Shown: piece after piece, positions 51,176 through 64,000 of the stretch
Numbering within the stretch: position 1 is the stretch's first letter
Layout of the letters: every line of letters begins with the position of its first letter
From: Chrysomallon squamiferum
Lineage: Eukaryota > Animalia > Mollusca
Direction: 5' to 3'
DNA length: 64,000 nt
Assembly (NCBI GenBank): GCA_012295275.1
Contig: CM022665.1
Coordinates: 19,902,001 to 19,966,000 of the forward strand
The notes under the pieces: model-generated
Databases searched by the model: none
The model's input: only the letters and a program-made list of their open reading frames with translations
What the model was told of the DNA's origin: nothing
Made by a program: the position numbers and the translations under genes

Positions 51176-52084
51176 AAGAAAGAAAAAATATTAAAAAAAA
51201 AAAACCCATTATACATAAATGATATTTTAAACAGAACGTTATTTTATTTACTTTCATAAATTGTTATGTTAAAAAATTTAGTTGATAAATAAATCTTGTA
51301 AAATGTGTTTTGTAGATACAAATGTGTGTGTGTGTGTGTTTCAGATAAAATTTTAAAGAAACACATTGTTTTATAGAGAAGTGTTTTGTTGTATTAGCTG
51401 GTGTCGTTAGATTTTACGTTTGTCGTAAAAACACCCACGTAAATTCACACAATTCACTTAGAATCATTTCTTAGTCTAGAAATTCTTTATTTGCTATTTA
51501 TTTATTTTATTTTTATTTGTGGATGTTTGTACAGTTGTGTGTATCTGTGCGTGCGTGAGTTTACAATAACCAGCATAAATATTCGGTGTGATAATTACTA
51601 AGACAATCGTTGTCACAAATGAACTTTCTTTTTATATCGCTGCTGTTGTTGTTATTTTTATTACCGAACAAAAACAAATGAATAAAAATAAAACAAAATT
51701 AAATAAAAATCAACCAACAAAAATGAATAATAAAAAAGATATGTAAAAAGCGGAATATAAAAATAATAATAATAAAAAAAAGGTTATTTAAACAGAGTGT
51801 ATATTATCTAAGTTTAATTAGAGTTGACATGTTTGATAAAACACAGAGGTGGTACACTAACTGACACACCATCGACTGATTTCTGTTTGCTCTTCTCGAC
51901 TGATCAATTTCAGCCACTTTAACAGTGTGCGTCTTTTCACTGAAATATTTCTTTACAAATTATTTTATTTTGTAAAACGAGGCGAGTTCGTGTAAACACA
52001 GACAAAACTTGCAAAGTATGTTAATTATTATTTACACACAAACTAAAACATATTATTTATACGTTGTCCATCCTCTGCACTAAT

Positions 52085-52101
52085 TTTATTATTATTATTC
52101 C

Positions 52102-52140
<39 letters not shown>

Positions 52141-52283
52141 TACTATTATTATTATCATTATTATTGCTATTATTATTTCTATTATTATTGTTGTTATTGT
52201 TATTATTATTATTATTATTATTATTCCTATTATTATTATTATCATTATTATTGCTATTATTATTTCTATTATTATTGTTGTTA

Positions 52284-52336
<53 letters not shown>

Positions 52337-52352
52337 GCTATTATTATTATTA
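52085..52352. repeat. (TAT)n tract with an internal duplication
   Basis: The block atcattattattgctattattatttctattattattgttgttattgtt occurs twice. Confidence 0.9.
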
Positions 52353-52855
52353 TTTATAAAAATTATATATTTACACTGCATAATTAATTTAAATTATATA
52401 ATAAATTTAATACACACACATACACTAAAATGTATATAATTCATTATTGGTTATATTAATTTTCGATAAGAATTATAAACGCTACTTTACATGTATCATA
52501 AAAAAAAAATGAAATATAACATAATAAACTAAACGTAAAAAAATATTTTATTTATTGTTAAGATAACAAAATACATTTTATTTTTTAAAAATATCCGTAA
52601 TAAAAATGTGAAATTATATAGAGCATAAAACTAGAAAACAGGAAGAAGGAAAGAAAGAAAGAAAGTAAGAAATAATAAAAACGACGGAATAATTAATTTA
52701 TATCATTCATTCATAAGGTTATTTTTTGAAAACAATAGGTAAAACAAAAAAAAACCAAATAAATAATAAAAATATTTTTAAATGATTCAAAAAAAAAAAA
52801 AAATTGTTAATTTGTATTTTCTTTTCCCTTAATATTAATTTTAATATTTAATTTT

Positions 52856-52894
<39 letters not shown>

Positions 52895-53043
52895 TTTTCT
52901 GGTATCTGAATACAAATATTAGTGTATAAAATCTATTTTAAAATACCGGAATAACGCGGTACTAAATTATTATTATTATTATTTTCTTTTTTTGAAATAA
53001 GCATGCACATTATTAAAAGTTGAGATGATGATGATGGTAATGA

Positions 53044-53078
<35 letters not shown>

Positions 53079-53620
53079 ATTCTAAACAAACAAATAAATA
53101 AGGAAATATTAATTTTACAGCGTCAAACATTCTAATCGAATAAAATTGAAAATTATAAACATAAATAAATCAGAAGAAATAATAAGTAAAAAGTAACAAT
53201 ATATAAAAGACCCAACGTCGATTAACTAAATAAATTTAAATAAGAAAACTAAGTTCTTACCTCGGTGACGGGAGTAAAAATGGTGGAGTGTACAAGCTGC
53301 ACACACAGACGTTTACGTGAAACGTGATTTATCACTGATAAGTTTGGGTACAAATCACATGAGCGTGATACTGAGACACGCGAGATGTAGAAATGTATCA
53401 TGCATCTACGTCATGTCCGTCAGTCGTAGATAAAACAGTAAAAAAAAAAAAAAAAAAAATTGTTATCTATAGAAAACTAGATTCTAGTCATTTCTAAATT
53501 AATAATTGTTTATATATAAATTTAATTGTTTGAAAAAATTGGAATGGACTGATGTAATTTTCTAATTTTATTTAATAAGCTCATTATTCTTTGGCTTTAA
53601 AAAAAACAAAAAAGCACAAC

Positions 53621-53692
<72 letters not shown>

Positions 53693-54149
53693 TGATGATG
53701 GTGATGATGGTGATGATAAGAAGACAGACGTGTAAATGACGTGTGTTTTAACGTGAAGACAGACGTGTAGAGAGTACACTGGGATGAAGAGGGAGTCAGG
53801 CGATGTCTCTCACACAAAATGTTTGTTTTCTCTTCAAATAGGAAATACCAGTACGCAACTGTTCTCCGTTGAACAGAAATATCTTAGTAATATGTTGTTT
53901 ATTTAAACTTTATTTATTTCAATAATATTTAGGCGAACTGTTTTAATTTACGCATTTTTATATTCATTTAAATAAAAACACAATAAACACAAAAAGAAAA
54001 ATTAAACAGAAAAAATATATTACTAAAATATTTTATTACTTAATGTTATTAATATTTTGCTATATAAAGAAGAAATAATGTGTTTCAATAAACTGCTTTA
54101 TTAATTAATTTTTCAAATCATACTAGTATTAATAATATTAATTTTACAG

Positions 54150-54700
54150 TAATAAATTATGATAATATTAACAACATATTTTGGAACATAATATTGTTAT
54201 TAACTATTTTTCTTATATAATTTTTATGATGCATTTCACAATATAATGATATTTATAAAGTGTTTAACAACAACAACAATAATAATAATAAATGTTTTAC
54301 AATATAATATTAATGAAATGTATTCTAAAATATAATACTGGTAACGTGTTTTACATTATAATAATATTAATAACGTCGTTTGAAGTATAATAATATTGAT
54401 AACATTTTTCAATATAATAATTTTAATGAAATATTTTACAGTGTAATAATATTAATAACGTATTACAGCATAGTAATATTAATATCATGTTTTACAATAT
54501 AATAATATTAATAAATATTTTACAATATAATATTAATACCATGTATTACAGTATAATAATATTAATAACGTGTTTTACAATAATTATAATAATAAACATA
54601 ATAATATTATAACGTGTTTTACAAGAAAATAATAATATTATTTTAATTGTTTTTAAATTATTATTTAGTTTTCTTACAGTATAATAATATTAAAATTATA
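54150..54700. repeat. ~28-bp minisatellite
   Basis: ttttacaatataataatattaataacgt units. Confidence 0.8.
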
Positions 54701-55986
54701 TGTTAAAAGAAAATAATGTTTGAAAACGTTATACAATAAAACAACATAAAAATAATAAAATATGCTATTAAATAATATTATTAACAACGTATATTGCAAT
54801 ACAATTACTATATTGGATTTTTCGCATAATATTAATAATTATGCATGCTCTACACGTGATAATGTTAGCAATCTGTTTTATAACATATGAGTCGTGTTTA
54901 TTATATATTAAAAATGTATTTTATCATGATATTAATAACAACCTGGTTTACAACATAATTATTATAATTACAAAATTCAAAACTGTCTTCAAATTTAACT
55001 TGACATTACAAACTCAGTTTCAGTTAGATTTAATTATCAGGTTTTTTTCAGAGATTCTCATATTTTTACTAATTACATTTTCCCACGGGACAGATCAAGA
55101 CGTTGTATTGTTGTCAATGATGTTGTCGTTGCTGTTAGTTATTGCTCAAGTGAAAACACAATCACTGGTAGCCATCTTAAATCTTGTTAATGCATTCACA
55201 ATCACACGTCCCACACACAGAAGTGAACGTTTTGGCGCGAAATACCAGACGACATTTCTCACTGAAATGTGTTATAAGAAGATTTGATCTTATTTTTTCA
55301 AATACAAAGTATTAAATTAAAAGATTATATACTAATTAAATAATTTGAGAGAGATATAACCATAATATACTAACGTGCATAACGAGAGATACAGAGATAA
55401 ATGTCCAAAAATGTATTATTAAATCTAAATCATAATATGAAAGATATAGGGATATACAATATTTAAAAATAAATTATTAGATATAAAAGAAAAAATATAT
55501 ATAGTAATGTACGTAAGATATAGAGATACGGTGCTTAAAAATAAACCATTAAATGCAAAAACTTTACACCATGTTGAGACACAATTGTAAAATTTCCTAC
55601 AATTAAATAAAAATAAAAATACAGTAGACACAAACGTTAAAACGGCATGAACAAACAAAATTTGTTTTTACACTCAGAGCATGATGAAGTGATAAAATGT
55701 ACCTGTTGCGTAATGCACTAATATATCACTTGACATACATTGTACGATATCTTTAATGTTGATATATTTAGGATATTACAAACACAGGCAGTATTATATA
55801 TCAGTAATATTTAAAGTTACTGTACTGCTAGATCCACCTATTAGTATCAGTTAAATATGTATTTATTATCATATATATTTTCTAAAAAAAATTTGGATGC
55901 AATAATAATAATAAAGTAATAATAAGGTAATAATAATAATACCAACAACAACAACAACAGCAACAACAATAATAATAATAATAATG

Positions 55987-56018
<32 letters not shown>

Positions 56019-56148
56019 GTAATAATAAAACAGCAAAGAATACAGTAATGTATTTATTCACTTATCTAATTCCGAGATGTAAATACAGTAGTGAACACTT
56101 AAATGACATTGTCAGTAAGTTTTTATCTTTGATATGTTTTAATAATTA

Positions 56149-56261
<113 letters not shown>

Positions 56262-56946
56262 ACTATATTCTGACAGAACGAGCTTAAGCTGGACTGAAAT
56301 AAACCAGTTAATGGAATTCGTGTATCATTTAAATATAAAAAGAACCACTTGGTTTTGGTACGCTGTAATTTTACAAAAATAAAGTCTCACTTGTATTTTA
56401 TTTATAAATATTTAGTTTATGTCGCTTTCAACATCTTATTTCTACCGCGCGCGCACTATTAATGATTATTTTCTTTTGTTCCCTCCCTTTCTGTTTGCGA
56501 ACCAATATTTTCTATTTTCGTTGTACATTGACACAACACTTCTCATTATAACTGCTCCTTCGCCAAGTTTAGAAAGAAAATAAAAATTGTTGGTGATTTT
56601 ATTTTTTTCTGTCAGTTATACTAAGCCGGAATCCAGGTTTTACATACAACGAGTAAAAAAACAGTTTTCAAAAAAACAGTTTGTGATAAAACGTGTCTGT
56701 TCACTGTCGCTCTATATACTGCTGTTTGTTGACTGAAATGAACGCTGGAAAGGAACATTTTTAGTTTTACATTTAGATTTAATTAAAAAATGTTTTCACA
56801 AAATTGTTTTAAGATAATAAACGTTTTCAAATAAAATGTTTTTAACCTTTTAACTTAATTAATAAATATTTTTCAAATAATCATTTTAACATTTTAAGCT
56901 GATTAATAAAAGGGTTTCAACTAAGTAATTTTAACATTTCGAGTAG

Positions 56947-56979
<33 letters not shown>

Positions 56980-58098
56980 AAAACAACTGATTTTGATTAA
57001 TACATATTATTAAATAAATTGTTTTAAGTTAATTAATAAACTGTTTTCAACTAAGCTGGTTTTATCATTTTATCATTATGATAACAGTATACGTTTAGTA
57101 CAACAAGTAATTATTACGTCATGTAATTTGCATCTTTTCTTTTCTTTATGTGCTACAATGCATGGGATTAAATAAACACTGAAATAATTCTAATTATTAT
57201 AATGTAAAACACGTTACCAGTATTATATTTTAGAAAATACTACCTTACAAACTGAATTAGAAAAATGACTGTGTTAATCAAGCTACTAATATGATAGCAT
57301 ATTACGAACATTTCATTAGTAATGATCTACTTTGTATTAAAATACACGTCACAAGTAAGTATTAAGATATTGATTATGTGAGCGAAAGCGACATCTGGAG
57401 ACGTTTTTGTGATAGAAAGAAGAAACTGTAGACAGCACCGAGAGATGTTTTTTTGAACTACGTCTGTGAGAGGTGAGGTGCGGTAGATGATTTCATTACG
57501 TGTTTTCTCAGAGGTCGGCTCAAACACTGGGTCGTCATTTTTGCGAAGACCTGTATAACACCAGCGAAATAAGAACGTCGTCGACGACGTGGTGTCGTCT
57601 TTCACCGAGACGTGAGTTTTCAGCGGCAGCGAGCAATTACATCAAATTGAAACTCATTTTTAATGTCCAGTCCAAATTACTTCTTTCCTGTACACAGACG
57701 ACGTATTCTGCTCTTTTCTCCCCATTCACTGCTCGATGACGACGTTTGGTAAACAAATTTCTCACAGAGTAAATTACTCTCCGTTTTGTAACTCTTCAGT
57801 GAATTCAAAACAGAGAAGGGAAGAAGAAGAAGAAGAAAAAATAAAATAATAATAATAATAAAGGAAAAAATGTCAGATTATTATTTTTATTTTTGTTAAT
57901 GTTTTTTTTTTTTTTTTTTTTTTTTATTTTAATTTATTTTTTCTGTATTATTTATTATCATTATTGTTTTTGATTTTTTAAAGACTTCCACGATTGCAAT
58001 AGTTTTCAAACTATTGGTTTATGTAATCAACATCACATTCATTAAAATAACAAACATCAGTATATTTTTTTTATGTTCATATGTATTTTTTATGTTCA

Positions 58099-58129
<31 letters not shown>

Positions 58130-59227
58130 ATACACATAAATAATTCAGCAAAAAAAGAAAAAAAAGAAAAATGTGTATGACTAATCTACTGTATCGAATG
58201 TTCTGTTTGAGTAGACGAATCTACTTTTGATATAAATATCTTTATCTCAAGTAGATCAAGCTGATATTACTGACAGTTTAAAATTCTTAGATCTTCAGTA
58301 GAAATAGTTGATCGTGAAAATTACTTTATTATTATTATTATTATTATTTATCTCGAGTTACAAAAAACACTACTGAAAAGTACAGAGAAATTGAACAGAA
58401 ATCTATGAAGAACGATTCTTTGTTTATCCTTACTCAGATAAATCGCTGAATGATTTCTTCCTTTTTTCATAACAAAATTCACTGTTCTTATTTCTTTACC
58501 AACACTGCTAGCTTATTTTCTGTCTTTCAGTCTATCCATCTACCTTTTTATCTTTTTTCTTTTTTCATTCTTTATTTATTTCAACTTGATATCGGTTAAC
58601 TCTTTTACTCGAATGAAACAGGTTGACACGTATTTATATTAAAATAACTGAAACAAGCTGTGTTAAATGACTTGATATAGCGAAACACGTTGATGTTCAT
58701 AAATAGCATAAATAGTGTGATGCTGTTTTGTTTGTTTATTCCAACACATTATTTTTCTTTCTTAATTTTCTGCGAATCACAGTGTTTAGACAAGTAATAG
58801 CAGCATAGACTGATGTAGATACAAGTAGACAGATGTAAGATATAGTAAAATAACACGACAGCTATTTATCAGTCTAGTTTGACGAAAGTTAATAATACAT
58901 TTTGTTATACATACTTATCTAATTCCCCGATGTAAAAATAGTAGTGATACGAATTTGTATTAAAATAAGTGAAACAAGCTGATATTTTTTAAGGTTATTT
59001 TATTTTATTTTATTTTATTTTATTTATTTATTTATTTTATTATTTTGTTGTTGTTTAAAGACTCGTTGAATGTAAAAATGACTAGGCTGAAAAATTAATG
59101 TAGTCTCGTGGTTAAAAAAACAAATAGTTTAGACTGATGTGATTTCTACTTTTACATTTGTAATAATGATAATATTAATAATAATAACAATAAAAATAAT
59201 AACAGTAATAACAATAACAACAACAGC

Positions 59228-59264
<37 letters not shown>

Positions 59265-59374
59265 GTAATAGTAATTATTATTATAATTATTATTATTATA
59301 AAAATAATAACAACAACAACAGTAATAATAAAATGAATGAAATGAATAATAATAATAATAATAATAACAACAAC

Positions 59375-59415
<41 letters not shown>

Positions 59416-59773
59416 TAGTAATCTTGTGATTAAAAAAAACAAACAGTATGGACTAATATATTCTGCTATTTGTATGTCAGACAGACTGAGTAAATGTAAC
59501 AATATTTGATCATAGAGAATAAAATCACGTGTTGACATATGATAATGTAATTTTCTAGCAGTGACGTGGGGTGGGGGACTGGCGGTGTGGATTTACTCTC
59601 TCCCAGGCGGCTAATCGTAGATCAAACAAAGATGAATGTCAGAAAATTAACTCACTGTCGTCTCGTTTTGTTCTCATGGAAATTTGATGAGAAATGAAGA
59701 CGTAAAAAAAAATGTCTGTCGTCTGCCTGAATTTTCTCCATGACAACTCGTAAGTGCAGTGATTGCATGCTGC

Positions 59774-59805
59774 CACGTGGCCGATGCACGTGCAGGCTAC
59801 ACGTG
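59774..59805. promoter_or_regulatory. Three canonical E-boxes with 7-bp spacers
   Basis: CACGTG at 59774, 59787 and 59800. Confidence 0.55.
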
Positions 59806-60009
59806 CAAATAAAGGTGTGCACGGAAAAAAGGATGTCGCGCCCCTCTGGCGGTACGTCAGTTTGATGACCACTCTGCAGACAAAAGTGATACCACTTACA
59901 GTCCGATATAAACGTATCTGATTTACATTTCTAGCTACATGTAAACTGGTCCTTATTTATAGTTCGACATCTAGTTGTATGTTAACTGGTCCTCAGTTAC
60001 ATTTCGACA

Positions 60010-60365
60010 ATTATACATAAACTAGTATTATTTAATTTTTTTACCTTTGTTGTATATAAATTAGTATTATTTATATTTTTAACTTTGTTGTATATAAAAA
60101 TTAGTATTATTTATATTTTTACCTTTGTTGTATATATAAATTGGTATTATTTTTATTTGTATCTTTGTTTTTGTATATAAATTAGTAGTAATTACATTTT
60201 TACCGTTGTTGTTAGGTATAAATTAGTATTATTTATATTCTTACCTTTGTTGTATATATAAATTAGTATTATTTTTATTTTTACCCTTTTATATGTAAAT
60301 TGGTATTATTTATATTTTACCATTATTATATGAAAATTAGTATTTTATATATTTTAACTTTTATA
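60010..60365. repeat. ~40-bp minisatellite
   Basis: tataaattagtattatttatatttttacctttgttgta units. Confidence 0.85.
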
Positions 60366-60799
60366 TGTATTTAAGAGTTAATTAAACGTACATTACCTGT
60401 TTAATATTAGTTATATCTAAAATGTTTTTCGTTTAGGTTACCATAGACCGATTCTATGTAAAAATATCGTTTCGATAACTCTAGACTGATTTTATTTATT
60501 TATTTATTTGTTTGTTTGCTCGTTTGTTTCTGTTTTGCGTGTTTGTTTTTCGTTTGCTTTTATTAGATGTTATAGGTTCTGTGTCCAAATACATATGCTA
60601 AATATTGGTTATATGAAATAGCTGTAGACTGTTTATCTTTTCTATACACGAGCTATAGATTGCGATAGATTAATTGTTTTACAGTTTCATGGATGCCTCC
60701 TCTTACATAAGCTAGCAGTTTCTTTAGACTGGTACTAAGCTATTTTCTAGTCTGGTTTATGCATTTATATCATATCAGGGCTAGTAATCGGTGTATTTA

Positions 60800-61350
60800 T
60801 TTATGCTGATTCTAGCTGGCGTAAAACGTTGTCAGTTCTAGTTTCTATTTGTTAATATAGGCTGATTTATGTTAGTTCATATAGGCTGATTCTAGTCTGT
60901 GTGAATTTCTTTCAGTTCTAGTTTATGTGTGTTAATACAGGTTGACTGTAGTCTGTGTAAAACTCTCTCAGTTCTACTTTCTATATGATAATATAGGCTA
61001 ATTATGTGTTAATACAGGTTGACTGTAGTCTGTGTAAAACTCTCTCAGTTCTAGTTTCTATATAATAATATAGGCTAATTATGTGTGTTAGTACAGGTTG
61101 ACTGTAGTCTGTGTAAAACTCTCTCAGTTCTAGTTTCTATATAATAATATAGGCTAATTATGTGTTAATACAGGTTGACTGTAGTCTGTGTAAAACTCTC
61201 TCAGTTCTAGTTTCTATATAATAATATAGGCTAATTATGTGTTAATACAGGCTAACTTGTGTGTTAATATAGGGTGATTTATGTGTGTGTGTGTGTGTGT
61301 TAATATCAGCTGACTCTAGTCTGTGTAAAACACTCTCAGTTCTAGCTCTC
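60800..61350 (+). repeat. ~77-bp tandem array whose last unit merges into a unique island
   Basis: caggttgactgtagtctgtgtaaaactctctcagttctagtttctatataataatataggctaattatgtgttaata units. Confidence 0.88.
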
Positions 61351-61909
61351 TGTATTTCTGACTACAACACGCCGAGAACGTTGGCTTGGATCTGTGGATG
61401 AGTAGAATTGGGAACGACGACTTGGTCAAGTATTTGAATACGACTTCACTAATGTCACAATCTGCATACCACCAAACAACCCCGACGTGCCTCAGTGGAA
61501 ATGCAGGCAATTTTCCTAAGAGAGCCCGGATCACGCAGGGCAAATGTCTTTACCTAGGAAGCAAATTTTGTTTGACTGAAAAACTCAAATTTTCCTTGAC
61601 AGGTTCGCTGTGGACAGAACGTTTGAGTGTCGAAGTTTGCCCAGCAAATATGATGATGTCAGGATGTTTGTTTGGCAGTCGACTTTGTAAAAGAAATACG
61701 TCCATTCCAGAGAATTCTGGAGACTAAACGTGAAACCATTTTAGAATGTTTAGTCAGTTAATATAGATAAGATAGTGACTTCCCTGAATAACGTAACATA
61801 TCTTGTAACTTCCCCTCCATAACGTTGACAAACTTGTCTGTTGACATATCTAGAGAGGTTTTTGTCTTTGTGTGTAAATACACGCTGATCTAATGATGAA
61901 TTAAACAAG

Positions 61910-62290
61910 CTGATAAGTATTTGTATTAAAGTAGGTGAAACATGTTAATATGTATTTGTATTAAAAGAAATGAAACAAATTGATACGCATTTGCATTAAA
62001 ATAAGTGAAAAACAAATTGATATGTATTTGTATTAAAATAAGTGAAACATGTTAATATGTATTTGTATTAAAATAAATGAAACAAACTGATATGTGTTTC
62101 TATTAAAATAAGTGAAACATGTTGATACATATTTGTATTAAAATAAATGAAACAAGTTCATACGTATTCGTATTAAAATAAGTGAAACAAGGTCACATAT
62201 ATTTTTATTAAATGAAATAAGCTGATGTGTGTTTGTATTAAAATAGTTGTATTAAACAAGTTGATATAATGAAACACGTTGATATTGATA
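61910..62290. repeat. ~35-bp minisatellite
   Basis: tttgtattaaaataagtgaaacaagttgatatgta units; related copies near 58630 and 58955. Confidence 0.85.
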
Positions 62291-62528
62291 CAAAAAACAG
62301 TATGTTGACTTTTAAACAATGATGTGTTAATGAACTTAAATATATTGATATATTAAACAGTATTAATGTATTAAAACAGATATTTTAAACTCTACAATAT
62401 TTTAGATACATGAGCTATATTTGGTATTTTCAAATATTTATTTATTATTTATTTATATCATTTGCGATTTTATTCTTGTTTCCGCAATTATCAAGAATGC
62501 TTATTTTGGTTAGAAGTTTATTTCCTTA

Positions 62529-62593
<65 letters not shown>

Positions 62594-63219
62594 TAATAAT
62601 AATAAAATATAAAGAATAAAAAATAATTAAAAACCAAAAAATAAAAAATATAAAAAATAAAAAATAAAAGAAAGAAAGAAAACATTTGTCAAATTTTATT
62701 TAAAAAAACTGTTATATCAAAATCAAATGTTAAAAATAAACATACATTTGTTCTATTAACATATACAATGAATTCTCAAACTTCATTTTTCAATTCAATT
62801 TTTAATTCTTTTTTTTATTTTTATTTTTTTTTTATTTGCGAATTAAAAAGTTAAATATTCACGGAGTGAAATATGAAGCTAGCGTCTAATTGTCATTCGC
62901 TATTCTGCGTCACATTGTTTTCAAATTTCGGTTGCTGTTTGTTTAGTATGGATGGCCCGTCTCGCTCATGATGCGATTAAAACGTCCATTTACAGCACCG
63001 TGTAATACGAGAGTGATGCGCACGAATACAGCCAGCTCGTTATCTCAGTAAATAAGTCGCGGGTTTTCTGTAATGGGGTAGGGTCGTCACAACTTCGTCA
63101 TAAGACGTTTTGTCAACGTCCACGTAGTCTTTAAACTGTGTTTTATTTATTATCTTACAGAATTTAAGTGTATCAATGTTTATGTATGTCTTTTTGCTTG
63201 CGTGTATCTGGTGTGTGTG

Positions 63220-63264
<45 letters not shown>

Positions 63265-63357
63265 GTATGTATGTATCTATGTATATATGTATGTATGTAT
63301 GTATATATATATATGTATGTATATGTATGTGTGTGTGTGTGTGTGTGTGTGTTGCGC

Positions 63358-63391
<34 letters not shown>

Positions 63392-63434
63392 TTATGTATG
63401 TATGTATGTATGTATATTTATATATGTATGTATT

Positions 63435-63503
<69 letters not shown>

Positions 63504-64000
63504 ATTGGTGGATATATGTACGTTTGAATGAATATATGTATGAACAAACAACACTGGTCATAAATTATTATGTGTCGTGTTTTTTCTTCTTATGTTTAAT
63601 AAATAATGTATCAGATTCTTAATAATTAATTTTAAAATCAAAACTGTTGTCTTCAAACAGCTGTTTTATTATATTGTTTTGTTCTTTTTTTTTTTTTTTT
63701 TTTTTCTTCCTCAGTGAGTCTTGTATAATTAAATTTATAAAAAATAAATATTTCTCAGTCTGAGATATCAAAACGTGAACATGGAAAAAAAAAAAAAAAA
63801 AAAAAAAAATTGCGGAGCTATCGTTAAAAAATTGAATTCTTCCGTCGACTTGGCTTTCATTAATTGTGAATGATAATTAGCAGAAACAATCAATCTGCAT
63901 AACTAAACATGACAGCAGCGGGGTGGGGTTCACATCAAAGACGTTGTTAAGACGTTGGCGTGGTGCGTCGTGTACATCAAAGTCGTGTTATCATTGTTAC

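Noticed and set aside
63168-63622. Cys/Val/Tyr/Ile-rich ORFs (also 188-379, 11361-11657 and 38425-38739)
   Set aside because: Translations of (TG)n, (TA)n and (TATG)n microsatellites.

Overview
This is AT-rich, microsatellite-dense animal genomic DNA. An invertebrate, possibly mollusc-like, origin is inferred from composition and repeats only. Positions 323-16920 (+) hold the last 27 coding exons of an SHPRH ortholog (SNF2 ATPase + PHD + C3HC4 RING E3 ligase); its 5' end lies upstream of the window. All 26 introns are GT-AG and the exon phases join into one frame of about 1547 aa. The most striking pattern is that at least 8 introns carry tandem arrays whose unit is a copy of the neighbouring exon-intron junction, giving ladders of decoy splice sites. 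Exon 2 carries a ~465-aa acidic/Ser/His-rich insert where vertebrate SHPRH has an H15 domain. The remaining ~46 kb has no recognisable intact gene. It consists of CpG-rich unique islands separated by micro- and minisatellites, plus a decayed MULE transposase, a LINE 3' end and several MITEs. The islands carry candidate regulatory motifs (three CACGTG boxes with 7-bp spacers, a perfect DR1 near an HNF4 motif, Su(H) sites, CTCF-like sites) and scattered splice signals suggesting unannotated non-coding or 5'UTR exons. Motif and transcript calls were made by eye and are unverified.
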